Shown: positions 24,512 through 36,350 of the stretch, piece by piece
Position numbering within the stretch: the stretch's first letter is position 1
How the letters are laid out: each line of letters starts with the position of its first letter
Assembly: GCA_032718475.1 (NCBI GenBank)
Contig: JAUCBJ010007632.1
Coordinates: 1 to 40,585 of the forward strand
Direction of reading: 5' to 3'
Length of the DNA stretch: 40,585 nucleotides
DNA from: Nemertoderma westbladi
Taxonomy: Eukaryota; Animalia; Xenacoelomorpha
Notes under the pieces: model-generated
What the model saw: only the letters and a program-made list of their open reading frames with translations
Databases searched by the model: none
What the model was told of the DNA's origin: nothing
Made by a program: the position numbers and the translations under genes

Positions 24512-25463
24512 CTAGATTCCATAGACTTCCTTAGCATTTAAATAGTCCAGATTGTCCTCATTCAATGCGGATTGGTTGATTATTCCAGCTCCGGTAACCT
24601 CTGATTGGTTGACATATATTGGGGATACTGACTTACTCATGCATGCACGGCTATCTGATTGGTTGTTCATCGAGGCTTCCGCTACTTGTGATTGGTTAAC
24701 ATAAACTCTTCCCACCATTGTGTTGCTATTCTCTTGACCTCTCCCCTCCACTACTGTGTTGCTATTCTCTCGCCCTCTCCCGTCCACTACTGTGTTGGTA
24801 TTCTCTCGCCCTCTCCCCTCCACTACTGTGTTGGTATTCTCTCGCCCTCTCCCCACCACTGTGTTGCTATTCTCTTCTCCTCTCTCCTCCACTGTGTTGC
24901 TATTCTCTAGCCCTCTCCCCTCCCCTGTGTTGGTATTCTCCACAGTGATTGTGTTCTGGCAATTTGTATCAGTTTCTGTAGTTACCTTGTTTCTTCCAAC
25001 TTTAGATTCATCGATAGTATCATAGGGATGCTCTTCATTTGTTATCTGATCATCTCGACTACTGGAGGTGAGCGGAGTAAGATTGACAGGTGCCTGATTA
25101 GTTGTTGGGTGATTTACAGACCTCTCATTGGCTGTTTTATTTATAGTTATCCCATTGGATGGTGGATTTAGATAGCTCTCATTGGCTGGGTGATTACGAG
25201 AACTCTCAGTGGCTAATGACCGATTGTTTGAAGCTCGAATGGCTGGTATCTCTAATTCTTCATAGGGGTGACTCGGGATGTTAGCTGGACCATCCAGTCC
25301 ATATACAACTGTGTCATCGTAGACAGGACTACGAGGTTTCCTATTCCGATATCTTTTGAGTAAAATGATTGCCAATACGACTATAACAATCACTCCAAAT
25401 CCACCTCCAACCCCCCACCTATCAGCGGTATAGTAGGATCATAATTGGCTACAATTTGTTGAC
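24512..25463 (-). CDS. Receptor gene B, terminal exon (TM plus tyrosine-motif tail) with a 1-nt frameshift in a G-run before the TM
   Basis: Acceptor cttccag|GT at 25464. The frame from the acceptor hits TGA at 25392-25390; adding one G to the G6 run (25411-25416) restores IGGGVGGGFGVIVIVVLAIILLKRYRNRK...EVYGI*. Confidence 0.75.
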
Positions 25464-25605
25464 CTGGAAGATTGAATAAGAAATTTTATATATTTATATC
25501 AAACAGACGTCCGCAACCGACAAACTGAAGTAACAATCGCAGTTATTTTGTTTATATTTCTAGGTTCGTTTAATTATATTTATTTTATTATTAAATTTAA
25601 TTGCA

Positions 25606-25860
25606 GCTGTGGAAATGTAATATAACATCGACATCATATGTATCCAAGAACTTCGGATTAGTCATGAAGACAGTGCCATAAAGTACAATGATATTGGAAA
25701 TGGTTGGACATTAGTAACAACCTCAGGAGTAAGAAATTCGGCCAATGTTTCAATTGGTAGAGTAGGAATTCTGCTAAGCCCATTTGCACTTTAGACACTA
25801 AACAACATCGAATCTATAATTTCCAGGGTCATGATTGCAACATTAGATTGGAATTCCAAG
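25606..25860 (+). mobile_element. Decayed RTE AP-endonuclease fragment (same family as 17161-18380)
   Basis: YNIDIICIQE..KYNDIGNGWTLVT; reverse-complement similarity to ~18035-18285. Confidence 0.8.
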
Positions 25861-26307
25861 ACACTGCATGTTGTAATTTTGTTTTGAACCACTGAGTTGG
25901 GTTAAAGTACCGGTACGCCTAGAGAGAGACCTACAGAAAGATGAAATACTTTGTTTCCATTTGGTAATAAGTTTTCAGTCGATCTTTTGACGAGAAGCAA
26001 ATTGAGCCAAATTAAAAAAAAAAGTTATTCTAATTTTATATGCTATACAATATATAGTTAATATTATAGTAATATATATAAATAGATATAATAAATATAA
26101 TAAAATATATGTATAGTTAAAAGTACAGAAATAGCATTTTAGATCCCCCCTATATTATAGTATCCCAACCAAATACGTTATAATATAGACTTCTAATACT
26201 GGCGTTCAATTCACACCATATATATATCTATCTATAATGGTTGGAAAACAATTTGAGCCACCACCATGCAGCAATCTACAATAATTAAATTGCTATAAAG
26301 CAGCGTG

Positions 26308-26625
26308 CTTTAAGAATGCTATGGCGGTTTATCAACACAACCGCGCCGCTCAAAATAGTCGAACCTCTAGAATTCCAATGAATTCTATTTGACTTCAAAA
26401 TCCTGGCGATCCCATTCAACGCTGCCTATGCCTCCCCTACGGATTAGAAAGCACCTGACTTCCGGATCCATGAGACTTCCGGATCCATGAGACTTCCGGA
26501 TCCATGAGACTTCCGGATCCATGATCCCAGGTAGCAGAAGTTATTCACATGCTTAAGTATACCATCCTTTGAGCTTATGCTTTATGTTCAGACATTATCT
26601 GGGGACTGTCGAAGTGTTCACACCA
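26308..26625 (-). mobile_element. Decayed RTE fragment with an internal 17-bp tandem repeat (4 copies)
   Basis: Similar to 13940-14125; GACTTCCGGATCCATGA x4 at ~26457-26524. Confidence 0.7.
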
Positions 26626-26758
26626 TGGATCAGTTTTGTTACAGTTCAACATTAATCTCTCTCAAATGACACGGTTTCAGTAACAGACCAGACAGGTTAT
26701 TCTATATTTATAAGAGTAACATGATAAAATAAAGTAATACTAACGTATTTTAAGCAAC

Positions 26759-29700
26759 GGTAGTATATAGTATAGCTTCTCAGATGCATTCAATTGCATT
26801 CAATTAAATTCATATACTAATTTATTGGATTGCCTGTATATTTCGCCCACGGACGCCAGTGGCCAACCTGTTTCTGTGGTGTATTGTTTGGGATGTCACA
26901 AGGGTCTCAACGCTGCTGCCAGTGTGGCACCACCCCTGATGGTAGTTGCATAACGGGGCGGTGTGGTTGCCACAAACGTCGGCGTCCTTGTATCAGTTGC
27001 GCACAGTTTCTCACCGGAGGATGCAGGAACGAGTTCACTTCCAACATTCACACATTGTCGCCGCTGTCGCAACCACCCATTCCGATAAACTTTTCCTCCC
27101 CGCACGAGATGTTGGACACCATGGAACGGACTGGTTCAAACTGCCAGCTTTCGTTCGACTCACTAAGCGAAACGTTGGTACCTCAGTCAGGAAACGGAGA
27201 CGACGGCGCCAGCCAGTCTACCATCAACCAAGACGGCCACATTCCGCCCACAGACCCTGTCCCCGACTGTCCTCGTCGCTCAGTGAAACCCACAGACGCC
27301 CCAACTGCCGGGGCAGCCGCCCAGGACACCACGACCTTTGGCAGTATGTGGGCATCAGTGACCGAGAACCAAACGAACCCCGACCCACAGGACTTAATGA
27401 CTAGGGCCTACGGGGCCCCATTGGTTGGAAAGGGAGCCGCCCCGGATCTCTTACTACACCAGTGGAGGCGCGCTACTCAGTTGATCGGGTCCAAATACCG
27501 TCTGCCTGGTGGTGCATTGGGGCGGGACTTTGTTGAGCTGCTGGCCTCAGAGGCAACAGCCTTCCAGTCGGCGTTGCAACACAATGTGGCAAATGCCCGC
27601 TCAGAGCGTTTACTACTCACGGACTCGCTTCTACTCCATCGCGACCCTAAAGTAACAAAGGTGGCCGACATCCGCCGTCTCCTCTCCCGAAGAATCGGTC
27701 TTTGGCGAGGCGGCCAAATGGAGGCCCTCCTCCAGGAGGCGGAGCGATGCTCTAAGAAGTTTGGTTCTGGCCATCGGGTCATTCGTCAGCCGCCGGACAA
27801 CGAGAAGGAACACACGATCCGTGTGTTTACCCGCCTTATGCTTGAGGGAAAAGTGCGAAGCGCTGTACGGTGGGTGACGGGCCGGGATTCTGGAGGCGTA
27901 CTAGACCCCAGCGATGACGTGGAGGTTGGGGGAAACAAGGTCAATGTCCTGGACGTGCTCAGAAGTAAACACCCCTCAGCGGCGGCACCTCCGGTTGGTT
28001 CTCTACTGGATCTTGAAGATGAGCTACCGGTGCGAGTTGACGTCGACATAACGGCCGCCCATATAGAGTCGGCTGTCCGCCACCTCCACGGCGGGGCGGG
28101 ACCTGCCGGTTCTGATTCCACCCGCTGGCAGGATTTTCTGCTAAGTTACGGGGCCCACAGCGAACGCCTACGCGAGGGAATTGCAGGCATCACTCGCAGT
28201 CTGGCGAACTCAGTAGTCCCATGGGAGTCCACACGTGCCCTCATGTCTGGCCGGCTCATCGCCCTTGATAAGTGCCCTGGAGTGCGCCCAATTGGGATTG
28301 GCGAATGGCACGAGCCATGGCGCAGACTACTGGCGACGACGTGACAACAACTTGCGGGGCTGAGCAGCTATCAGCCGGGACGTCCGCGGGAGTCGAGGCC
28401 GCCGTCCACACGATGGCCGACATCTTCGAGGAGCGGGCCGACGATGGTTGGGGGGTACTCCTGGTAGACGCCTCCAACGCATTCAACTCACTGAATAGGG
28501 TGGCAGCGCTGTGGAACGCCCGCCGTTTATGGCCAAGGTGTTCCTTGTTCTTATTCAACTGTTACCGAGGATACAGTATATTGGTTGTGAGAGGAACAGA
28601 TGCGATATTATTCAGCGAGGAGGGAGCCATACAGGGGGACCTGCTCGCCATGCTGTTCTACGCAACAGGGGCCCTACCACTAGTCCGATGCCTGCGTTCC
28701 TCGAAGACGCGACAGAACTGGTTTGCGGACGACTCGGCTGGTGCTGGGAGACTCGTGGACGTCCTGGAGTGGTTCCTTCAGCTCAAAGCCAACGGCCCAG
28801 CACTTGGTTACAAGCCAGAACCATCCAAGAGCTACCTGGTAGTGGCGCCGGCTTTTATGGAGGAGGCCAAGCGGATCTTCACGGGCCACTCCATCAATGT
28901 GGTTACTGGCCACCGCTTCCTCGGGGGTTTCCTGGGTGGAGTGTCTGACAGGACGGCGTTCGTGGGGGCCAAGGTAGCTGCATGGGTCGACGCAGTAGAC
29001 AAGCTGTCCGAGATGGCAGCCGAACAGCCGCAGGCTGCGTTTGCGGCCATGGCCTGCTCCCTCCAGAGGGAGTGGGCCTACCTTCAGCGGGTCACACCAA
29101 ACTGCAGCGACCAATTCCGAATCCTCGAGGAGGCCATAGCCCAGCGTTTTCTGCCAGCCCTACTCGGAGGCGAAATATCCGCTAACGAACGCCGGCTGTT
29201 CTCCTTGTCCCCCCGCATAGGAGGGATGGGCCTACGGGACCCTATAGTGGAAGCTACTCCTTCCTACGACACATCCCGGGCCGGAACTCGGTCCCTCAGT
29301 CAGGCAATCATCGGGGTTGAACCCTTCTCCCTGGTAGATCACCTCGCTTGTCTTCAGGGGGCTCGCAAAGTGGGGCGAACACTACAGCTTGCACGGGAGG
29401 ACACCGGGTTCAAGGAGGCGATCAAAGACATGTCACAGACCCGACGACGCACAGTACAACGAGCTGTTGACTACCGTACCAGCGGCTGGATTTCCTGTCT
29501 CCCCCATGCAGAGCATCACCTCGACCTTTCTCCTCGTCAGCCGAAGACGAGAAGAAGCGGCTCTACTCCGACGCAGTCTGGGCGCGGCGTGGAGACTTCT
29601 CGCCATACGTTGCCTCCTGCGACGGAGTGTTGGCCCCCCAAGCGGACAAGCTCCTCAGGACCATTGCCCAGAAGCTCCACCGGACGTGGGGGAGACCCTA

Positions 29701-29984
29701 CAGCATGGTGATGGGGTGGGTCCGTACCCGGGTCCAGCTGGCTATCGTACGCGGGGCTTCCCATTGCCTTAGAGGGTCGCGGACGAAATGGCGTAGCGGG
29801 CTCGGGCTGGACGACGGCGCTGGGATACCAGGTGGCTTTGTGTCACAGGTGGTGTTGGTGCTAGTATTTTGCTAATTGATTAACAAACGTTTTGCTAAAA
29901 CATTTTGCTGTGTGGTATTGTATGTAATAAATCCATCGTGCATTTATTAGTTTACAGAAATTATTAATAATAAAATCTGATTAA
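26759..29984 (+). mobile_element. CRE-clade non-LTR retrotransposon (RT plus restriction-like endonuclease remnant), GC-rich, frameshifted and internally deleted, 13-bp TSD
   Basis: RLIALDKCPGVRPIGIGE, LVDASNAFN, QGDLLAM, FADD, HRFLGGFLG, GGMGL; C-terminal EDEKKRLY..FSPYVASCDG..CLRGSR. TSD TATTTTAAGCAAC at 26746-26758 and 29985-29997; the homologous gene A intron (~14200-14220) is empty. Confidence 0.88.
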
Positions 29985-30163
29985 TATTTTAAGCAACCAT
30001 GTTCAGCATGATCCGGTCTCTTGAATATAATCTTAAGTTGAACGAAATACATTTTTGACAGACCAATCAATATCAAGCAAATTAAATAATGTATGTTTTT
30101 TTTTATTATTACGCAAAAAAAATATACTTTGTTCAACCCAAGATTGTATAAAAGTTAACATAC

Positions 30164-30787
30164 CTGTTGTTGGTTCACCTTCTATTACAGGAGTTGGATC
30201 CTGACAACCGATCTTATTACAGGCCACCACAGAGAAATAATGACGTTCATTGGGTAATCCTGGGACGATTATGTAAGAATCAGTTGTATCTATTGTTGTT
30301 TTAGAATCAAAGTTTCCGTTACTGTTGTTGTACTCAACTCTAAACCATTGATTAGATCCACCATTGAATCCTGGTGTCCAACTAACTTTTACACTAGAAG
30401 AGTCAACAGCTTCTACTTTAACTCCAGTCGGCATATGTGGAGGTCCTTCAGCATCTAAGTTAACGTCACATTCAACCTCAGTATTACTGCGAGGGATACC
30501 ATTTCCAACACTCCCAAAGTAGGTTTGATTAAGATCTTCTCTCGTTACATTATATATCATTAGACTTATAAAAGCTATACTTTTATAATCAGAGTTAAAA
30601 ACTTCAGCTGATGTTCTATATTTATCACCATCGGGTAGCTTTTTATTTACGTCAGCTTGACTAACCCAATAAACACTCGATTCACTAACAGCTGGATAAC
30701 TTTCCAATGTACATGTTAGAGTAACGACATTCCCAACAGCTGCTATAACAGTTCGCTCTGTGTCATTGTGAATCCAATGTGGTTTGT
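30164..30787 (-). CDS. Receptor gene B, exon 3: Ig-like plus FN3
   Basis: ttttttag|AC...G|GTATGT, 624 nt, phase 1-1; paralog of exons 3a and 3b. Confidence 0.85.
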
Positions 30788-31420
30788 CTAAAAAAAAATA
30801 TGTTTGTATTGTAATTATATTTATTATGTGGGAGATGTGAATTCAATGCAACCAAACAATGACACCAAGGTGGAACCTTGGTGTCAGAGTCGGGAAGTTA
30901 TCAATAGTCCAAACACGACTGAATAAGGAAATGGTAAATTATAACATTGCGAGCTTCGAGCTTGATATTTTATCTAGACACGCAGCAAAATCTTAAAGTA
31001 GCCAGATTCTGGAATATACAATGTAAATAGGACAATATGATAATGCTCTCCATATTTACATTGTATATTTGATTCACCGCGTCACTCGCCCCACAACAAT
31101 TCTCTTATTATTATAGATTCTGGAACAGTTACTGTGTTATTGGTCGTATTGATGTACGTTATATCATTAATATGATTCATAATTAATGACCTGAAGTTTG
31201 TATTGTTTGTTTTGTTTGTATTGAATCCTTATACATGCCTGGTCTGGGTTGTGCAGTTCAGTTCACCGTCTCAAAGTTGCACAAAACATTAAGTTTTAAC
31301 AAAACGAGACGGGGGTTGGGTAACTTACGCCAATCCCATCAATGAAAATTGAAAATTAAATAAAAAAATGAAAATTGTAAATATATTGTGTGGAAGCGTT
31401 GACATGGAATTATACATATA

Positions 31421-31828
31421 GGGTAATATTTACAGTAGTTTATTCTTACTTACACTGAACTATTAACTCAATAGTGAATGACTCCTGTTCTACTAACAGT
31501 GATGGAGGGTAATATTTACATTAGTTTATTGTTACTTACACTGAACTATTAACTCAATAGTTAATAACTCCTGTTCTACCAACAGCGATGGAGGGTAATA
31601 TTTACAATAGTTTATTGTTACTTACATCGAACTATTAACTCAATAGTGAATGACTCCTGTTCTACTAACAGTGATGGAGGGTAATATTTACAGTAGTTTA
31701 TTGTTACTTACACTGAACTATTATCTCAATAGTGAATGACTCCTGTTCTACTAACAGTGATGGAGGGTAATATTTACAGTAGTTTATTGTTACTTACACT
31801 GAACTATTAACTCAATATTGAATGACTC
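31421..31828 (-). repeat. 86-bp tandem repeat (~5 copies) containing the exon-2 3' end and donor of gene B
   Basis: GGTAATATTTAC at 31422, 31508, 31594, 31680 and 31766. Confidence 0.92.
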
Positions 31829-32406
31829 CGTAATAACTAATACCCGATAATCATAAAACCTATATTCGGCTGTAGTTGTGTAAATCCCAGAAGATCTTCT
31901 ATTAACTTCGATATTCCTAACTTCATCTCCACCGGTTACGAAGTTGCCACTCCAAATATAACCAACATTTATATTGCAGTCATATGGAATCCACTTTACT
32001 TCTATTGGGTCATTATGGTCTGTCATATTTCTTTTAATTTCTATAGAAGTGTTTATAGTATAAGAAGTACCAGAAACTTTCAGTTTCATCTCACAATATT
32101 CTACAGTTACCGGTACCGCTGGACTTTCCATTTTCCCTTCCCCACCGTTGTTGCTGTAACGACCAGTATACTCGCACTTATAATCACCTCCATCGTCGGC
32201 GCCTAAAGGGTCTAGTGTAAATGTTGATAAATATGGTTCAGTAACTATAGCTGCATCACCAGTAACATCTTTAGTACCAACATACCAGGACCAACTTGGG
32301 TTTGGTTCCATATTGTAATCGTCTGCCGAACATATTAATTCCAATGTTTCGCCTTTTTTCTTTGTAATCGCATCGCTGGGGTTAATGTTTATCCTAGTCG
32401 GCAAAT
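31798..32406 (-). CDS. Receptor gene B, exon 2: Ig plus divergent Ig-like domain
   Basis: gttccag|AT...T|GTAAGT, 609 nt, phase 1-1; TLELIC..WSWY..DDGGDYKC. Confidence 0.85.
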
Positions 32407-33244
32407 CTGGAACAATAAAATTAATAATTGTAATCGATTTTGCACGCCTCTGTAGGCAACATATCAAAAATATACGTCCCTCAAGAATTTAATTTTAAGA
32501 ATATGCAATATGGATCTGGAGGATCTGTATATCACATCATATATTCTGTGTACCACAGAATATGCTATACGGTTCGTCCCAGGCTCGCCAGGACCGACTG
32601 TATAGTTTTGAGGGCAAAGTAACAGCTAACCATTTGCGACAATTTGTCCCACCCCTGTTTGGACTCAGATGGTAACTTGGTGTTCTGCACTATCGCCAAG
32701 TTTCCAATAGTGTGAAGATGCACCAAGTTTATTACGATAATTTTCAACAAAATAAACTATATTCTACCCTTTTTTGAGATTTGTATTATATTTTTTCAGT
32801 GTATTTTTAGCATAACGAAACGACTAAAAATACTTTCTACCATTTTGGGTTACAATTTTGGATTGTATTATTTTTCGATGCTATACTTTGGATCCTAACG
32901 GACCCCTAACATTTTCGCCATCTTTGCCAATCCCCCCCCCCCCCCCCCCCCCCAACAAAAAAAAATCAATAATATTTTAATAATTTTATAATTTGTGCAT
33001 ATATAGTGCGGTGTGGCGTAGGGGCCACCAAGAATACTAACTTACTCAAAACATTTATATATCTTAGTGCAATTTCTATCACTTTATTTCTTATGTACGG
33101 GTTATTTTATTGTTAGCTTTAGGCCTAGTGTTAATTGTGATAATTATTGAACAGTGTCGTACTTAAGTTTCGGTCAAGGAGTAGGATAAACCATCAAGGT
33201 TAAAATGTATAAACATTCAAAATGACGTTGAAAAACGCAAAGGT

Positions 33245-33466
33245 GTGGTACACACACATGGTACACACACATGGTACACACACATGGTACACACACATGG
33301 TACACACACACATGGTATACACACATGGTACACACACATGGTACACACACACATGGTACACACACACATGGTACACACACATGGTACACACACATGGTAC
33401 ACACACATGGTACACACACACATGGTACACACACATGGTACACACACACATGGTACACACACATGA
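33245..33466. repeat. CA-rich minisatellite (GGTACACACACAT, 13/15-bp units)
   Basis: Directly visible; source of several spurious ORFs. Confidence 0.95.
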
Positions 33467-34033
33467 AAGTAGATATATGAAGGAGGGGTTATGGTATAAT
33501 GAAGGCATTATAATTGGAAAGGAAATTGTGAATGTTAATATAGTTTATTGATTACATAAGTTAATGTACATAACAAGGAAGAAAATGCGAGCCTAGTGAG
33601 CGGAAATTTTTAAAACAATGTTGAGGTTTTGCACATTTGAAGCGACCTTTTTATCCAATAATATTTGGATAAAACTAATGACTTTACTTTACATGTCGGT
33701 ATATAACATTCGCTACACATCTCTCTGCAGTAATACACTAATATTATAATTGTTCGCTAAGATGGCTTGCAACTTTTGCTACATGAAGGCCCTACTAGTT
33801 CTAGCCGTAAAGTCTCTACTTCTCGTTTTATACTTATTTTTACATTTCACTACCCTTTTTTTCACCAATTGGCACTTCACTCTTCGTCATTTTCCGTCTT
33901 GGTTTCCTCAGAATGCCTCCTGCTGTTGCAGAAACCCCAGTCTACAGTCTGATGCTCACTGACACTGATCGTGTGTAACTAAATATATTGTAATATACAG
34001 TAATGTAACCTTTAGTGGATATCACAAACTTAC

Positions 34034-34886
34034 ATTCAACTATGATCGTAGTGGTACAGGATTTATCCACTTCTATAGCTCTATTCCTCGCCTTACATGT
34101 AAACACTTCCCCATTATCTCCACGACTTAGATCTCTATTTATACTCAGTGTATCTCCTGGTTCAGTTACGACTCCACCAATAGCAACTCCGTTACTATAC
34201 CAACTCCATCTAGAATCTCCTGATGTACTTCCAGCTACCGGTACCGGTACCCAATCCGATAACTTACAGTTTAATGTAGCTGAACTGCCTTCTATATAAG
34301 TACAACTCGGTAAGCAACTACACTCTGGATCATTATCAGCTTTACATTGGGGTGGGAGAGTTATTATAAGTGGGTAAGCTGACTGATTGGATATGGCCGG
34401 GTTTTCTTGGAGATTTACCGCATTATCTGATTTACGATCAACGTAATATTGTATTCGTATCTCCAATTCCTTCGGTATATTTTCAATACCAGGAGGATTC
34501 AACCCAACAGTTATATTTCCTGTAGATCCAACTGTTTTGCCACTTATATACTCTGTTGTACTCCATCCATTACAACCGATATCAGCTTTATTAATAATAT
34601 CCCTACAATCATCTCTATTGGCGTTGACGTCATTCCGCACACGTACTATGTTGTTACCTTTACCATCCTTAGCAATAACCGATGATTCCAATACATCGGT
34701 AATAGTTAATTCACTTTGTTGATTAATAATAAAATCAACTTTTACCCTAATACTATTTCTTTCTTCTTTCCGTAAACATTCTCTAGTAAATTTAGATCCA
34801 TTTGGTTCGACTAGTTTATATCCATTGAATTTGAAGCCCAGAATTACATCAGTTAGAGTTAGTAATGTAATTATAAATAATTTCAT
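34034..34886 (-). CDS. Receptor gene B, exon 1: signal peptide, variable N-terminal domain and Ig domain
   Basis: MKLFIITLLTLTDVILG (an upstream in-frame ATG at 34913 is also possible); donor T|GTAAGT at 34033; 853 nt. Confidence 0.85.
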
Positions 34887-35203
34887 TATAAATATAAATT
34901 CTTGATGCGCCATGTTACAATAATATAAACTGTAATGGGAATTGAGCGCCTACAGTACTTACGGTATAATATTTTCGTAAAATTCGTAACAATAACTAGT
35001 CGCGCGCCTCACTTAATTCAAATGATGTAAATAATAAGTAGTTGTCGCTCTCTATTAGCGGAGTCCTATATGTAATTTATTACATTAATATACAAGTCAC
35101 ACGCCTATACTTATAGTACTTCAAATCTGGTTAATAAAGCCGCTATTGATTAGCACGTGTGGTTTAGATGGTGGCTTTTCCATTTTGTAGAATATTGCCA
35201 TAA

Positions 35204-35587
35204 GGGGCCGTCCAAGTATGACGTCTGTACTTTTCCCCAAAATGTTGACCCCCTCCCTCCCCTAAATCAGATGTCATCAGATAGGCGTTGACCCCCACCC
35301 CCCCCCCCCCCCCCCCCTCCCCTAAATCAGATTAAAAAAATTTTCGCGTCCTAATCACTGAAACATGGTGACTGGTAACTGAAACAGAAAGTCGTGCTAC
35401 GGGCCTTCGGGGGCTTCGAACAATTAAAATAGGCAAGCTATTTACTCTTCTGCTATATCTCTTCTAGCACCTATAAATTAACATGCTGACGTCAGATTTT
35501 GGCTGACCCCCTCATCAGCACGTCATCAGATTTTCCCAACCCCCCCCCCCCCCCCCTAAAGTGCTGACGTCATACTTGGACGGCCCC
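35204..35587. mobile_element. PIF/Harbinger (Tourist-like) MITE
   Basis: Perfect 22-bp TIR GGGGCCGTCCAAGTATGACGTC / GACGTCATACTTGGACGGCCCC, flanked by a TAA TSD. Confidence 0.9.
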
Positions 35588-36074
35588 TAATTGATAAAAT
35601 CCGGTCAGGTGTGGGTTGATGTGCATGCCCCACGATTTTTGACATTTTTGCCAATTCAAAGGTTATTTATTATGTATATTAACTTTCTTGAACGTGTTCT
35701 TTCCCAGGGAATTGGCCACTTTGTATATTCTAACTTTTTTTATGACGTTTTTTTAATATATCTAACTGTATAACTACAGTAGGCCTATATAAAATCTATT
35801 ATACTGTACATTGATAAGAGTTATACTGCGGTTATATGTATCCGTTGCTGACTGACATGGTATCCCGAGCCCGAGAACACAAGCCCGAGTTACCGAGAAC
35901 CCGAGCCTGGGGAGCTTGGGAGGACCGGACCACCCAAATGCAATACAATTAGTTTTAAATTTTACCAATCCGGCACTACTGTAAAATGCATACCGGACCG
36001 GTATTGGGTCCCTTGGATAATAATCAGAAATTGAAAGTAACCAGTACACAGTCAAGCTGTACATTCCATTTCAA

Positions 36075-36350
36075 CGTTCCAGAATACGAGCGAGTGGAAT
36101 GGACACGCTTTAGACTTTCCTCGCACAACCTCCGTGTGGAAAGAGACAGGTGGGCAAGACTTCCAAGAGAGTAACGGGTATGCTCCAGCGATGGGAAATC
36201 AATCCAAGATGAGAGTCATGTAATATCCGATTGCCCACTAACCTCAGATCTTAGACTTGAATATAATATACAAGGAATAGCAGACTGCATCTGGAAATGC
36301 AAATTCCGCGAAGTATTAGCTTCACGTCTAAAATAAACAAGATATTTACA
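36075..36350 (+). mobile_element. Decayed LINE C-terminal fragment (CCHC-like region, CR1/L2-group type)
   Basis: WTRFRLSSHNLRVERDRW..RE*RVCS..IQDESHVISDCP. Confidence 0.65.

Noticed and set aside
30860-30895. TGGTGTCAGA as a tRNA-Leu primer-binding site
   Set aside because: It is one arm of an 11-bp hairpin (TGACACCAAGG/CCTTGGTGTCA); no LTR or gag nearby.
33174-33551. Cys/His-rich ORFs (metal-binding-like)
   Set aside because: Translations of a CA-rich minisatellite, open in multiple frames.
9601-34913. Genes A and B as uncollapsed haplotypes (assembly artefact)
   Set aside because: Different exon counts, strongly diverged N-domains and juxtamembrane regions, and a third partial copy favour paralogy, although long reads are needed to exclude it fully.
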